A stretch of DNA of 54,159 nucleotides, taken from contig SVSW01000005.1 in the NCBI GenBank assembly GCA_015064095.1, positions 1 to 54,159 on the forward strand. Reading direction: 5' to 3'. Below, piece after piece: positions 37,326-47,164 of this stretch. The notes beneath the pieces were generated by a model. The model was not told the DNA's origin, searched no databases, and saw only the letters and a list, made by a program, of their open reading frames with translations. This DNA comes from Oscillospiraceae bacterium. GTDB lineage: Bacteria > Bacillota > Clostridia > Oscillospirales > CAG-272. The first letter of the stretch is position 1. The number at the start of each line of letters is the position of its first letter. Position numbers and translations under genes: made by a program.

Positions 37326-39579
37326 TTTTTCCCCGTTTATAAGAACAAGCCTTGTTCGAGCAGACAAGCTGATCCTTACCCTTCTTTTGAAGCAATATGG
37401 CTCCGCAGGTGGGGCATTTCTCGCCCGTGGGCATATCCCAAGACGAAAAATCGCAATCGGGATAGCGCTCACAGCTGTAAAACACGCTCTTGCTCTTGCC
37501 GTGCTTTTGAACGATCTTCGCGCCGCACTTAGGGCACGGAACGTCTATTTCTTTGGTTATCTGCTTTGTATTTCTGCATTTCGGGAAATTCGAGCAGGCA
37601 TAGAAGCTTCCGAATTTGCCGGAACGAAGCACCATGGGCGCACCGCACTTTTCGCAAACGAGATCGGTTTCAACAACCGGCTTTTTATCTGCCTTAGGTG
37701 CCGGTTTATTCTCCTCAAGCGGCTTTGTATTCTTGCAGCCTGGATAATTCGGGCAAGCGGCAAATTTGCCGAACCGACCGCTTTTTACGATCATTTTTGC
37801 ACCGCATTTTTCGCATATAATATCGGTTTCAACTACCGGCAAAGCTTCGGGCTTTACGGCGTTTTCGTTTGCGGCGGCGAGCTTCGGCTCAAGCTCAGCC
37901 CAGAATTTTCCGAGCGCTCCCTCAAGAGTTTCCTCGCCATGCTCGATGTCATCGAGCTTATCTTCCATTTTTGCGGTAAACTTATAGTCAACGATCTCCG
38001 AAAAGCTCTCCTTCATAAGCTTCGTTGTGACCTCGCCGAGCTTTGTCGGCACAAGCATCTTGCCGTCACGCGCAACGTATTCGCGCGAGATGATAGTAGT
38101 GATGATAGGTGTATAGGTACTCGGTCTGCCGATGCCCTTTTCTTCAAGGAATTTGATCAGCGATGCTTCGGTGTAACGCGGAGGTGCTTCGGTATAATGC
38201 TGTGCCGGTATGACCTCGCGGCAGTCAAGCTTTTCACCCTCGCAAAGCTCCGGTATCTTTATATCCTTGACGTCTTTTTCCTCATCTGCATTTTTTTGTG
38301 TATCGTCCGCCGTTTCCTCGTAAACTGCCATGTATCCTGCAAACGTGACGGTATATCCGCCGGTGCGGAAGATATATCCCGCGCACTCAAAATCGGCATT
38401 TACCGTTGCAAGCGTTGCAGACTCCATCTGGCTTGCAATAAAGCGATCCCAAATGAGCTTATAAAGCTTGAACTGATCCTGAGTGAGATGTTTTTTTATG
38501 CTCTGCGGATCAAGCGCGGGCTTTGAGGGTCTTATCGCCTCGTGTGCGTCCTGCGCACCTGATCTCGATTTATAATTTCTGAATTTTGAGGGGCAGTACT
38601 GTTCGCCGTATTTTTCGGAAATAACGGCGCGAGCCGCCTCCTGTGCCTCTGCGGAAACTCTTTGCGAGTCCGTTCTCATATAGGTTATAAGACCGAGCGT
38701 GCCACCTGCGGCTGCGCCGACGTTAACTCCCTCGTAAAGCTCCTGTGCGACCTTCATCGTTCTTGCCGACTGGAAGCCGAGACGCTTTGAGGCCTCCTGC
38801 TGCAAGGTCGAAGTTGTGAATGGCGGTGCCGGAGATTTATGCTTTTTGCCCTTTTTGACGCTCTTGACATAAAACGGCTTACCGTCAACTGCGTTTACGA
38901 TACGCGCAGCGTCCTCTCGGCTTTCAAGCTTGATCTTCCCACTCTCTTCGCCGTAAAATTTGACCGAAAACGCCTTTTTATCGGCGGTGGCGAGCATTGC
39001 ATCAATGCTCCAATATTCCTCGGGGACAAACGCGCGGATCTCGTCCTCACGGTCAACTATTATCTTGGTAGCAACCGACTGCACGCGGCCTGCCGAAAGT
39101 CCGTTCTTGACATTCTTCCAAAGGAACGGGCTTAATTTATATCCCACGATTCTGTCGTAAATTCTTCTCGCCTGCTGTGCATTGACAAGATTCATATCAA
39201 GCGGACGCGGAGCTTTTATCGCACTCTTGACCGCCGTCTTCGTGATCTCGTTAAAGGTCACGCGCATAGTTTTCTCGACCGGTATGCCGAGTGCGACGGC
39301 GAGATGCCATGAAATAGCCTCCCCCTCGCGGTCGGGGTCCGTTGCGAGAAAGACCTTATCCGCATTCTTTGCCTCTTTTTTTATCTCGTTTATAAGCTCT
39401 CCCTTGCCGCGTATGTTTATATAGTGCGCGGCAAAGCCGTTGTCTATATCAACGCCGAGCGTGCTCTTGGGAAGATCGCGCACATGCCCCTTGGACGCGA
39501 CAACGCGATATCCCGAGCCGAGATAGCCCTTTATTGTTGACGCCTTTGACGGCGACTCAACTATTATAAGATTTGCCAT
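37315..39579 (-). CDS. topA: DNA topoisomerase I with three C-terminal Zn ribbons
   Basis: IVESPSK, ATDPDREGEAI, SAGRVQS, ITYMRTDS (catalytic Tyr), GIGRPST and three CxxC ribbons. Confidence 0.98.
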   Translation of the reverse strand: MANLIIVESPSKASTIKGYLGSGYRVVASKGHVRDLPKSTLGVDIDNGFAAHYINIRGKGELINEIKKEAKNADKVFLATDPDREGEAISWHLAVALGIPVEKTMRVTFNEITKTAVKSAIKAPRPLDMNLVNAQQARRIYDRIVGYKLSPFLWKNVKNGLSAGRVQSVATKIIVDREDEIRAFVPEEYWSIDAMLATADKKAFSVKFYGEESGKIKLESREDAARIVNAVDGKPFYVKSVKKGKKHKSPAPPFTTSTLQQEASKRLGFQSARTMKVAQELYEGVNVGAAAGGTLGLITYMRTDSQRVSAEAQEAARAVISEKYGEQYCPSKFRNYKSRSGAQDAHEAIRPSKPALDPQSIKKHLTQDQFKLYKLIWDRFIASQMESATLATVNADFECAGYIFRTGGYTVTFAGYMAVYEETADDTQKNADEEKDVKDIKIPELCEGEKLDCREVIPAQHYTEAPPRYTEASLIKFLEEKGIGRPSTYTPIITTIISREYVARDGKMLVPTKLGEVTTKLMKESFSEIVDYKFTAKMEDKLDDIEHGEETLEGALGKFWAELEPKLAAANENAVKPEALPVVETDIICEKCGAKMIVKSGRFGKFAACPNYPGCKNTKPLEENKPAPKADKKPVVETDLVCEKCGAPMVLRSGKFGSFYACSNFPKCRNTKQITKEIDVPCPKCGAKIVQKHGKSKSVFYSCERYPDCDFSSWDMPTGEKCPTCGAILLQKKGKDQLVCSNKACSYKRGKNEQ

Positions 39580-39596
39580 TTATAACCTCTGTTTTA

Positions 39597-40841
39597 TTAT
39601 TTTCGTATGTAAGCGCCGCCCGGACGCTGTGTGACCAGCCCCCGTATTTCAAGCACTGTCAGTGCTGCCATTATCTGCGGCAATGAAATTCCCGTCGCCG
39701 TCAGTGCTTCGGGTCTTATTTCGCAGCCCTCGGGGATCGCATCGTATACGGTGCGCGTTTTTTCATCGAGTGCCTCAACTGCGGAGTTTATGTTCTCTTT
39801 CGGTGCTTCGGGGATCTCTTTTTCCTCCGCCTTTACCGCCCGTATCTCTTTTTCCGTTTCTTCTTCCTTTTCAGCAAAGGAAAGTCCGCAAAGCATGGCG
39901 GCGATCCTTGTATAATTAGATTTTCTTTGCGCTCTTTCAAGTGCTCCGAAATCAAGTGTATCGGAATAAAGCTCACGGTAATTTTCAAGTATATCGTAAG
40001 CGGAGCGCACCTGTACTGCACCATCGTGGATCAGCTTATTCGTTCCCTCAGATCCCGGTGAGTCGATATTTCCCGGCAGAGCATAAATATCCCGTCCCTG
40101 AATTATCGCCGTGCGCGCCGTGATAAGCGCGCCGCTTCGCCCGTCACCCTCGATGACGAGAGTGCCGTTACACATTCCGCTGATTATACGGTTGCGAGCA
40201 GGAAAATTATAATCGTACGGCGGTGTATGAGGCGGATATTCGCTGACCGCACAGCCGTGGTCGATTATCTTTTCCATTAATCTTTTATGCTTTGTAGGAT
40301 ATGCACGGTCAACGCCGCAGCCGCAGACCGCAACGGTCTCGCCCTTTGCCGAAATTGCGCCGCAAGCCGCAAAGCTATCAACTCCGAGCGCCATACCGCT
40401 GACGACTATTGCTCCTGCGGCGGCAAGCTCGTATGATATTTTATACGCCGATGTCTTTCCGTATTCGCTCATTTTGCGAGTTCCGACAACGGCGATACAT
40501 ACTCGGTTATCAAGCTGCGGCAAATTGCCGCGCACATAAAGCACCGCCGGCGGGTCTTGAAGCTTTCGAAGCTTTGACGGATATTTTTCCGAGTCATATG
40601 CAATTATCTCGATACCGTGTCTTTTGCAATACTCAACCGTTTTACAGGCGCTGTCAAGATTTTTGTCTTCAAGCCGATAAAGCTTTTCGTTTCCGTGTAA
40701 ATCAAATCCCGTGATCTCCTCGGGCTCGGCTCGGTATATTTCATACGCAGATTCAAAGCGTGCCAAAAGTCCCGGCAGCCTACGGCTTGCGGGCCCCAAC
40801 CTTTCTGCAAGCCAAACCCAATAAAGAAGATCGCTTGACAT
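39597..40841 (-). CDS. dprA: DNA-processing protein DprA
   Basis: AVVGTR, VSGMALGVD, FPARNRIISG, SGALITA and a C-terminal winged helix (LEIRGLV..PG). Confidence 0.95.
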   Translation of the reverse strand: MSSDLLYWVWLAERLGPASRRLPGLLARFESAYEIYRAEPEEITGFDLHGNEKLYRLEDKNLDSACKTVEYCKRHGIEIIAYDSEKYPSKLRKLQDPPAVLYVRGNLPQLDNRVCIAVVGTRKMSEYGKTSAYKISYELAAAGAIVVSGMALGVDSFAACGAISAKGETVAVCGCGVDRAYPTKHKRLMEKIIDHGCAVSEYPPHTPPYDYNFPARNRIISGMCNGTLVIEGDGRSGALITARTAIIQGRDIYALPGNIDSPGSEGTNKLIHDGAVQVRSAYDILENYRELYSDTLDFGALERAQRKSNYTRIAAMLCGLSFAEKEEETEKEIRAVKAEEKEIPEAPKENINSAVEALDEKTRTVYDAIPEGCEIRPEALTATGISLPQIMAALTVLEIRGLVTQRPGGAYIRK

Positions 40842-40858
40842 AAAAATACCTCTTTAAA

Positions 40859-41671
40859 TCAAATAAAATTGCGCGCTTGCTCCCAAAGTATCACGGCTGC
40901 TGCCGCCGCCGCATTGAGCGACTCCGCACCTGCCTTCATCGGTATATACACGCTTTCCGTGCACTCGCCGACGGTGGTATTTGCAAGTCCGTGACCTTCG
41001 TTGCCGACGACGAACACATCTGTCGGCAAAAGCTCAAACGAGCCGAGCCTTCGTGCGTCACGGTCAAGCGCTGCGGCAAATATTCTGCGTCCGTTTGCGC
41101 GAAGTGCCGAGATCGCCTCGGACATACTTTCGACAGCTACGATCTCAATTGAAAAGATCGCACCCATAGCGGCGCGCAAAGTCTTAGGATTATATAGATC
41201 CGCGCAATCTGCGCTTATGATCATTCTTTCGCAGCCAAGTGCGTTCGCGGAGCGAATGAGCGTTCCGAGATTGCCGGGATCGCGCACGGATTCAGCCAAA
41301 AACAGCCTTTTTCCGTCCGAAAACACCGTATCCCCATTATTTATTGTAACGATTTTTACAAGATTGTCAAGATGTTTTGCAACACAGATTATTCCCTCGG
41401 GCGATTTTTCTTCCGAGATCTTCTCAAAAACCTCGTCGGTCGTTCTTATTAAGCGGCAGGATCCGGGCAAAGCGGGCAGCTCGATATCCGCGCTTTCCGA
41501 GAGAAAAATTTTCTCTATCTTAACGCCTTTTTCGAGTGCTTCTTTGGCAAGCTTTATACCGTCGATACGGAAAAGTCCCGTATCTCGCCTCGCTTTTTTG
41601 TCGCCGAGCTTTATCACCTCAACGACCTCTCTGTTTTGCCGAGAGCTTATAATTTCTCTTTCTGTCATCAT
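40859..41671 (-). CDS. TrmH/SpoU family RNA methyltransferase (start uncertain)
   Basis: DPGNLGTLIRSA, GNEGHGL and IPM..AESLN SPOUT motifs. Confidence 0.9.
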   Translation of the reverse strand: MMTEREIISSRQNREVVEVIKLGDKKARRDTGLFRIDGIKLAKEALEKGVKIEKIFLSESADIELPALPGSCRLIRTTDEVFEKISEEKSPEGIICVAKHLDNLVKIVTINNGDTVFSDGKRLFLAESVRDPGNLGTLIRSANALGCERMIISADCADLYNPKTLRAAMGAIFSIEIVAVESMSEAISALRANGRRIFAAALDRDARRLGSFELLPTDVFVVGNEGHGLANTTVGECTESVYIPMKAGAESLNAAAAAAVILWEQARNFI

Positions 41672-41684
41672 ATCAAAATACAAC

Positions 41685-41709
41685 AAAAACCCGGTAAAAC
41701 CGGGTTTTT
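41685..41709 (-). terminator. Intrinsic terminator after rplT
   Basis: AAAAACCCGGT-aaa-ACCGGGTTTTT hairpin. Confidence 0.75.
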
Positions 41710-41719
41710 ATCTGGCTTT

Positions 41720-42079
41720 TTACGCACCAAGCGCTTCCTTTGCCTTTGCGCAAAGTGCTGCGAATGCTTCCTTATCGGATACTGCGAGCTCAGAAAGAAC
41801 CTTTCTGTTCAGCGCAATACCTGCAAGCTTCAGACCGTGCATAAAGGTCGAGTAATTCATACCGTTGACCTTTGCCTGTGCATTGATTCTTGCGATCCAC
41901 AGACGTCTGAAATCTCTCTTCTTCATCTTGCGGCCGGCAAATGCGTAATTGCCGCTCTTCATGACTGCTTGCTTTGCCATCTTGAAGTGCTTGCTCTTTG
42001 CACCCCAGTAGCCCTTTGCAGCCTTCAGTATTTTATTTCTTCTCTTGCGCGTCATCATCGCGCCTTTAATTCTGGCCAT
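41720..42079 (-). CDS. rplT: 50S ribosomal protein L20
   Basis: [36 protein letters not shown]. Confidence 0.98.
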   Translation of the reverse strand: MARIKGAMMTRKRRNKILKAAKGYWGAKSKHFKMAKQAVMKSGNYAFAGRKMKKRDFRRLWIARINAQAKVNGMNYSTFMHGLKLAGIALNRKVLSELAVSDKEAFAALCAKAKEALGA

Positions 42080-42097
42080 TACCTTTTACCTCCTGTT

Positions 42098-42292
42098 TTA
42101 TTTCTGAATGAGACGTCTGATATTGTCAGCCATCTTGCCCTCTACGTACGTTGCGGTGCGCAGATGTCTTTTGCGCTTCTGATCCTTTTTGCCGAGTTTG
42201 TGGCGACGCTCTGCGTGGTTCATCTTGACCTTACCGGTTCCGGTAACGGAAAATCTCTTAGCCGACGCCTTATGTGTTTTGACCTTTCCCAT
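42098..42292 (-). CDS. rpmI: 50S ribosomal protein L35
   Basis: MGKVKTHKASAKRFSVTGTGK; lies between infC and rplT. Confidence 0.97.
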   Translation of the reverse strand: MGKVKTHKASAKRFSVTGTGKVKMNHAERRHKLGKKDQKRKRHLRTATYVEGKMADNIRRLIQK

Positions 42293-42347
42293 TTTCAAAA
42301 ATCCTTTCTATAACATTTATTATCATAGAGCTGTGCTCATTATGAAC

Positions 42348-42872
42348 TTATTTCTTGATCGGAACAACGACCATGCTCATGAATCTTCCGTCAAGCACGG
42401 GGCGTTTTTCCACTGTGCCGAACTCGGCACATGCAGCCTCGAATTTCTCGAGAACTTCCTTGCCTATTTCCTGATGGCTCATCTCACGTCCCTTAAAACG
42501 AAGTACGACGCGCACCTTATTTCCCTGAGTGAGAAATTTCTTTGCGTGATTTGCCTTGGTTTCAAAATCGTGAACGTCGATACGGCAGGAGAGCTGGATC
42601 TCCTTGAGCTCAACGACCGTTTGCTTTTTCTTGGCCTCTTTTTCGCGCTTATCCTTTTCAAAGCGGAATTTGCCGTAATCCATGATCTTGCATACGGGCG
42701 GAGTTGACTGTGCCGCCATAAGTACAAGATCAAGATTTCTTTCGTAAGCCATTTCAAGTGCAGCAGAGCTTTTCATGATACCGAGCGTTTCGCCCTCGGG
42801 ACCTATAACTCTGACCTGGGGAAATCTTATTTCCTCGTTTATCTGCATCTCTTTTTCTTTTGCCGCGCTAAT
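42348..42872 (-). CDS. infC: Translation initiation factor IF-3, probable AUU start
   Basis: INEEIR..VRVI, PPVCKIMDYGKF, FKGRE motifs; in-frame ATT at 42872 lies 9 nt after SD GGAGGT. Confidence 0.95.
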   Translation of the reverse strand: MSAAKEKEMQINEEIRFPQVRVIGPEGETLGIMKSSAALEMAYERNLDLVLMAAQSTPPVCKIMDYGKFRFEKDKREKEAKKKQTVVELKEIQLSCRIDVHDFETKANHAKKFLTQGNKVRVVLRFKGREMSHQEIGKEVLEKFEAACAEFGTVEKRPVLDGRFMSMVVVPIKK

Positions 42873-42889
42873 CGGAAATACACCTCCAA

Positions 42890-43012
42890 AATAAAAATAA
42901 AAATGCACGGAAAGCAAAAATTCTCCGCGCAAAGACACCCCCCATCGGGGCTTACCTTATTATACCCGGCTCGCTTTGCGGCAGGGTGAGAACGGAGAAC
43001 GTTCTGCTTCAT
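42890..43012 (-). ncRNA. L20 leader (ribosomal protein autoregulatory attenuator)
   Basis: AAGCAGAA..CCGTTCTCACC..GGTAAG..GGTG pattern upstream of infC-rpmI-rplT, followed by terminator TGCGCGGAGA..TTTCCGTGCA-TTTTT; upstream TTCTCCG can pair with CGGAGAA as an antiterminator. Confidence 0.85.
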
Positions 43013-43022
43013 TGACCGTTTG

Positions 43023-43051
43023 ATTCTACCATGTTTCTTTCCGTTTGTCAA
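43023..43051 (-). promoter_or_regulatory. sigmaA promoter for the infC operon
   Basis: Minus strand TTGACA-17 nt-TAGAAT with an extended -10 TG. Confidence 0.8.
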
Positions 43052-43080
43052 TAGTTTTTGCAAAAATTTTTATTTTCACC

Positions 43081-43200
43081 AAAAAAGACAGCGGTGAGTG
43101 CCTTTTGCGAGCTGATATCATAAGCTTGATATTCCGCATAAAACCCTTTGACCGCTGCCTTTAGTTGCCGGTTCCTCGATTGGCCCATGATTCGCCGACG
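43081..43200 (-). ncRNA. Candidate small RNA or orphan leader (~120 nt)
   Basis: Has its own promoter upstream; forms a long irregular hairpin with G-U pairs on the minus strand ending in a U6 tract. Confidence 0.5.
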
Positions 43201-43205
43201 CAAGT

Positions 43206-43235
43206 ATTATAACATACGCGCGGTGGCTTTGTAAA
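43206..43235 (-). promoter_or_regulatory. sigmaA promoter for the candidate sRNA
   Basis: Minus strand TTTACA-18 nt-TATAAT with an extended -10 TG. Confidence 0.6.
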
Positions 43236-43281
43236 GTTGGCAAAATGCACGATTTTTGATTTGATTATTGGTAAAAAAAGC

Positions 43282-43334
43282 TACGACATGGTACGACCTC
43301 GACTTTTGTCGTACCAAAGCGACATACTACGACA
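43282..43334. promoter_or_regulatory. Cluster of Spo0A-box-like heptamers
   Basis: TACGACA twice, TGTCGTA once, plus TACGACC, CTCGACT and AGCGACA within 53 bp; the 0A box consensus is TGNCGAA / TTCGNCA. Confidence 0.45.
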
Positions 43335-43390
43335 TCGTTTGACCGCTTTCGCTCTTAATAATAAGTTTAAATTTTTTTTTGCGCAACGGG

Positions 43391-43419
43391 TAGAAAAATT
43401 TAAAGATATGTGTTATAAT
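43391..43419 (+). promoter_or_regulatory. sigmaA promoter for the lon operon
   Basis: TAGAAA-17 nt-TATAAT (43414-43419) with an extended -10 TG. Confidence 0.6.
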
Positions 43420-43452
43420 ATATAAATAATAATCTCTTATAAAGGAATCACC

Positions 43453-45879
43453 ATGCCCGCATACATAGAAAAAGCCGAAATGATAAATCTTCCCGTCGTG
43501 GCTCTCAAGGGGGTCGTTGCTTTCCCCGCCATCAATTTTAACATCGAGCTTACCGACGAAAAAAATATTGCCGCCGCCGAGACTGCGCTCTCGGCAAATT
43601 CCCACGTCCTTCTTCTCACAATGAAGGATCCCTCCTCCGAGATCCGCGAAAGCGCGCTGTTCTCCGTCGGAACCGTTGCAAAGATCAAGCAATCCGTCAA
43701 AAGCGGTGAGGGCACGCTGCGCATACTCGCGGAAGGATATTCCCGCGCCACCGCGCTGACGTTTACCGAGGACGAACATCTCTCGGCGTCCGTTATGTGC
43801 AAGACCATTACACTTGACGGAAGCGGCGGAGTCAAGGGCGAGGCGTATATGCGCGAAGCTATACAGATAATCGAGCGTATCATGGCATCTATGCCCTCTT
43901 TACCCGATGACCTGCTGGTCACGGCAAAAGCCATCGACAATCCCGGCATGCTTGCCGATTTTATTGCAGCGAATATTATGGTGCGAACCGATGACAAGCA
44001 GCGCGTTCTTGAATGCTTTGAACCTCTTAAAAGAATAGAAACTCTCGTTTTCCTGCTTTCAAAAGAAGCAGCTATGCTCGAATACGAGCTCGTAGTTCAC
44101 AAAAAGGTACGCGAGCGACTCGGTGAGGCACAAAAAGAAAGATACCTGCGCGAGCAGCTTGCCGTTATTGAGGACGAGCTGGGCGACGGCAGTGATGAGC
44201 AAGAATACTACCAAAAGATAATGTCGGCAAATCTGCCCGATGAAATACGCGACAAGCTCCTTCGCGAAAACGAGCGCATGGCGCGCGCGCAGTTCGGCTC
44301 GGCAGAAGCTTCTGTGCTTCGAAATTATCTCGATGTGTGCCTTGAGCTTCCGTGGGCAAAAGCCACGACCGACCGACTTGATATCGCGACGGCGCGCAAG
44401 ATACTCGACGCCGATCACGACGGACTTGAAAAGGTCAAGGAGCGTATACTCGAATATCTTGCCGTCAAGCAGCTCAATCCCGAGCTTAAAAATCAGATCA
44501 TTTGCCTTGTCGGCCCTCCCGGAACGGGAAAGACATCCGTGGCGCGGTCGATCGCCCGCGCGATGCACAGAAAGTACGTTCGCGTGTCCCTTGGCGGTAT
44601 TCACGACGAATCCGACATTCGCGGTCACAGAAAGACATATATTGCATCAATGCCGGGTCGCATTATAAATGCACTCATACAGGTCAAGGTCAAAAATCCA
44701 TTGATGCTGCTCGACGAGATCGATAAAATGACCGCAAACGTGCAGGGAGATCCCGCATCGGCTATGCTTGAGGTGCTCGATCCCGAGCAGAACAAATATT
44801 TCCGCGATCACTTCGTTGAGATACCGTTCGACCTTTCCGACTGCCTCTTTATTTGCACGGCGAACTCTCTTGCGGGAATTCCGAAACCGCTGATCGACAG
44901 AATGGAAATAATCGAGCTTTCAAGCTATACGCGCCGCGAAAAGCTCTCGATTGCGAAAAACCATCTGCTTCCCAAACAAAAAAAGCGCCACGGGCTGAAC
45001 GGGGCATCGCTCCGCGTTTCCGACGACGCGCTTTACGAGATCATAGATTTTTATACCCGCGAGGCAGGCGTGCGAGGACTTGAACGCGAGATCGCGTCAC
45101 TTTGCCGCAGGTGCGCCATGAAGCTCGTTGAAAATCCCGAGAAAAAGCGCATTACCGTTGCGCAAAAGGACGTTGAGGCATTTCTCGGTGCGCGCAAGGT
45201 ATTGCCCGACACGTTATCCGAACGGGACGAGGTCGGCGTGGTCAACGGGCTCGCTTACACCGAGGTGGGCGGAGATATGCTCCGCATCGAGGTGGCAATA
45301 CTTGATGGCACGGGCAAGCTTGAGCTTACCGGCTCGCTCGGCGACGTTATGAAAGAATCCGCACGCGCAGCGATAAGCTACATTCGCTCGATCGCCTCGG
45401 AGCTTTCGATACCGAACGATTTTTACAAAACAAAAGACATACATATCCATGTGCCGGAGGGTGCTGTGCCGAAGGACGGCCCGTCCGCCGGTATTACGAT
45501 GATGACGGCTCTCGTTTCGGCTCTGACCGATCGCCCCGTGCGCCACGAGGTCGCAATGACGGGCGAGATCACTCTGCGCGGAAACGTGCTCGCCATCGGC
45601 GGTCTGCGCGAAAAGACCATGGCAGCTTATGCCCGAGGAATAAAGAAGGTCATCATTCCGAAGGATAATGAAAAGGATCTTGAAAAGATAGACCCCGAGG
45701 CGCGTGCGGCTTTGACATTCCTGCCCGTTCGCCACGCCTCTGAGGTGCTCCAATACGCGCTCTGCTCGGCAAAGTCCACCGACTCGCCTCGCAAAGCGGT
45801 CAAAAAAGAGGAAAACAAGCTGGAAATACCGTTTGACGACATAAAGACGATCAAAAAAGGAGACACTCTCGGTGCTTAA
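43453..45879 (+). CDS. lon: ATP-dependent Lon protease
   Basis: [32 protein letters not shown] (catalytic Ser), TGEITLRG and GGLREK. Confidence 0.97.
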   Translation: MPAYIEKAEMINLPVVALKGVVAFPAINFNIELTDEKNIAAAETALSANSHVLLLTMKDPSSEIRESALFSVGTVAKIKQSVKSGEGTLRILAEGYSRATALTFTEDEHLSASVMCKTITLDGSGGVKGEAYMREAIQIIERIMASMPSLPDDLLVTAKAIDNPGMLADFIAANIMVRTDDKQRVLECFEPLKRIETLVFLLSKEAAMLEYELVVHKKVRERLGEAQKERYLREQLAVIEDELGDGSDEQEYYQKIMSANLPDEIRDKLLRENERMARAQFGSAEASVLRNYLDVCLELPWAKATTDRLDIATARKILDADHDGLEKVKERILEYLAVKQLNPELKNQIICLVGPPGTGKTSVARSIARAMHRKYVRVSLGGIHDESDIRGHRKTYIASMPGRIINALIQVKVKNPLMLLDEIDKMTANVQGDPASAMLEVLDPEQNKYFRDHFVEIPFDLSDCLFICTANSLAGIPKPLIDRMEIIELSSYTRREKLSIAKNHLLPKQKKRHGLNGASLRVSDDALYEIIDFYTREAGVRGLEREIASLCRRCAMKLVENPEKKRITVAQKDVEAFLGARKVLPDTLSERDEVGVVNGLAYTEVGGDMLRIEVAILDGTGKLELTGSLGDVMKESARAAISYIRSIASELSIPNDFYKTKDIHIHVPEGAVPKDGPSAGITMMTALVSALTDRPVRHEVAMTGEITLRGNVLAIGGLREKTMAAYARGIKKVIIPKDNEKDLEKIDPEARAALTFLPVRHASEVLQYALCSAKSTDSPRKAVKKEENKLEIPFDDIKTIKKGDTLGA

Positions 45880-46465
45880 CCTTTCAAAAGCCGAACTTAA
45901 AATAAGCGCGGGCTTCCCGTCACAGTTCCCCTCCGACCCGATACCGCAGATCGCGTTTTCGGGGCGCTCGAACGTCGGCAAAAGCTCGCTTATCAACACG
46001 GTCCTCGGTAGAAAATCGCTCGCTCGCGTTTCCTCAGCCCCCGGAAAGACCGTTACCGTAAATTTTTATGAAATTGACAAAAAGCTCATGCTCGTCGATC
46101 TGCCGGGATACGGATTTGCCAAGCGCCCGCTTGCCGAAAAGGAAAAGTGGTCACGCTTAACGGACGGATATTTCACAAAAAACCCGAATATCGACCGCCT
46201 TTCCCTCGTTTTACAGCTCGTTGACAGCCGTATACCTCCAACACGCGACGACGAAATGATGCTCGATTATCTTTCTCAGCTCGGCATTCCTTTTATCGTT
46301 GTGGCAACAAAGGTCGACAAGCTTAACGCAACGGAAAGAAAGAAAAATTTTGCCGCGCTTGCATCACACCCCCTGACATCGGGCGCAAGAATAATTCCCT
46401 TTTCCTCGCTTTCGGGAGAGGGGCGCGATGAGCTTTTGGGTGTAATTAAAGGAGTTTTATCTTGA
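45872..46465 (+). CDS. engB: Ribosome biogenesis GTPase EngB (YsxC/YihA)
   Basis: GRSNVGKSS, PGKT, DLPGYG, TKVDK; lon-ysxC synteny. Confidence 0.96.
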   Translation: MLNLSKAELKISAGFPSQFPSDPIPQIAFSGRSNVGKSSLINTVLGRKSLARVSSAPGKTVTVNFYEIDKKLMLVDLPGYGFAKRPLAEKEKWSRLTDGYFTKNPNIDRLSLVLQLVDSRIPPTRDDEMMLDYLSQLGIPFIVVATKVDKLNATERKKNFAALASHPLTSGARIIPFSSLSGEGRDELLGVIKGVLS

Positions 46466-47142
46466 TTTTCGATTTAATTTTGAACGGCGACATCAAAGAG
46501 GCGATAATCACTTTTTTGATGTGGCTGCCTATCATTCTTCTGTCCTTCTCGGTACACGAGACGGCGCACGCCCTCATTGCCGACAAGCTTGGCGATCCGA
46601 CGGCGAAAAATCTCGGGCGGGTTACATTAAATCCCGCAAAGCATATTGATCTTTACGGATTTATCTCAATGCTTCTCATCGGTATCGGCTGGGCAAAGCC
46701 CGTTCCGATCACTGCACGGAATTTCAAAAAGCCGAGAAACGGCATGGCGCTTTCTGCCCTTGCAGGCCCTGTTTCAAACCTGCTCCTCGCCGCAGTGTTT
46801 TGCGCTCTTGCAAGCGTTTATTCAAATTTGATCTACCCGCTATTCGTAAACGAAGGCAATTTTCTGGCGCTTTACTATATTTTTCAGTTCTTCATCTACG
46901 GTGCACTTATAAACGTTTCGCTTGCGGTGTTTAATATGATCCCCGCGCCTCCGTTTGACGGCTCGCGCATACTATATGTTTTCCTGCCGCCGAAGGCATA
47001 TTTTAAGGTTATGAAATACGAGCAGTATATCGGACTCGGCATAATGGCGCTGTTCCTTATCTGCTCCTTCGTCGAAATCGATCTTCTCAGATTTATCGTT
47101 TACCCGATAGTAAACGGTATGCTTTCGCTCTTCGGAGCATAA
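46462..47142 (+). CDS. Site-2 protease family (M50) membrane metalloprotease
   Basis: HETAH (HExxH), GRVTLNP, GWAKPVP, AGPVSN and FNMIPAPPFDG motifs. Confidence 0.92.
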   Translation: MIFDLILNGDIKEAIITFLMWLPIILLSFSVHETAHALIADKLGDPTAKNLGRVTLNPAKHIDLYGFISMLLIGIGWAKPVPITARNFKKPRNGMALSALAGPVSNLLLAAVFCALASVYSNLIYPLFVNEGNFLALYYIFQFFIYGALINVSLAVFNMIPAPPFDGSRILYVFLPPKAYFKVMKYEQYIGLGIMALFLICSFVEIDLLRFIVYPIVNGMLSLFGA

Positions 47143-47164
47143 ACAACAAAAAAGGAGGGAGCGT

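Noticed and set aside
29079-41855. Long plus-strand ORFs (29079-30011, 30159-31091, 30232-31131, 32904-33872, 37117-38526, 41001-41855)
   Set aside because: All overlap well-supported minus-strand housekeeping genes and lack protein motifs.
43048-43188. 46-codon minus-strand ORF (MGQSRNRQ..) over the candidate sRNA
   Set aside because: It has no SD and runs through the terminator U tract into the infC promoter; a leader peptide is not fully excluded.
43160-43200. HDV-like ribozyme suggested by a TCCTCG loop on the plus strand
   Set aside because: I could not build P1, P1.1 (GG) or P2 around it.
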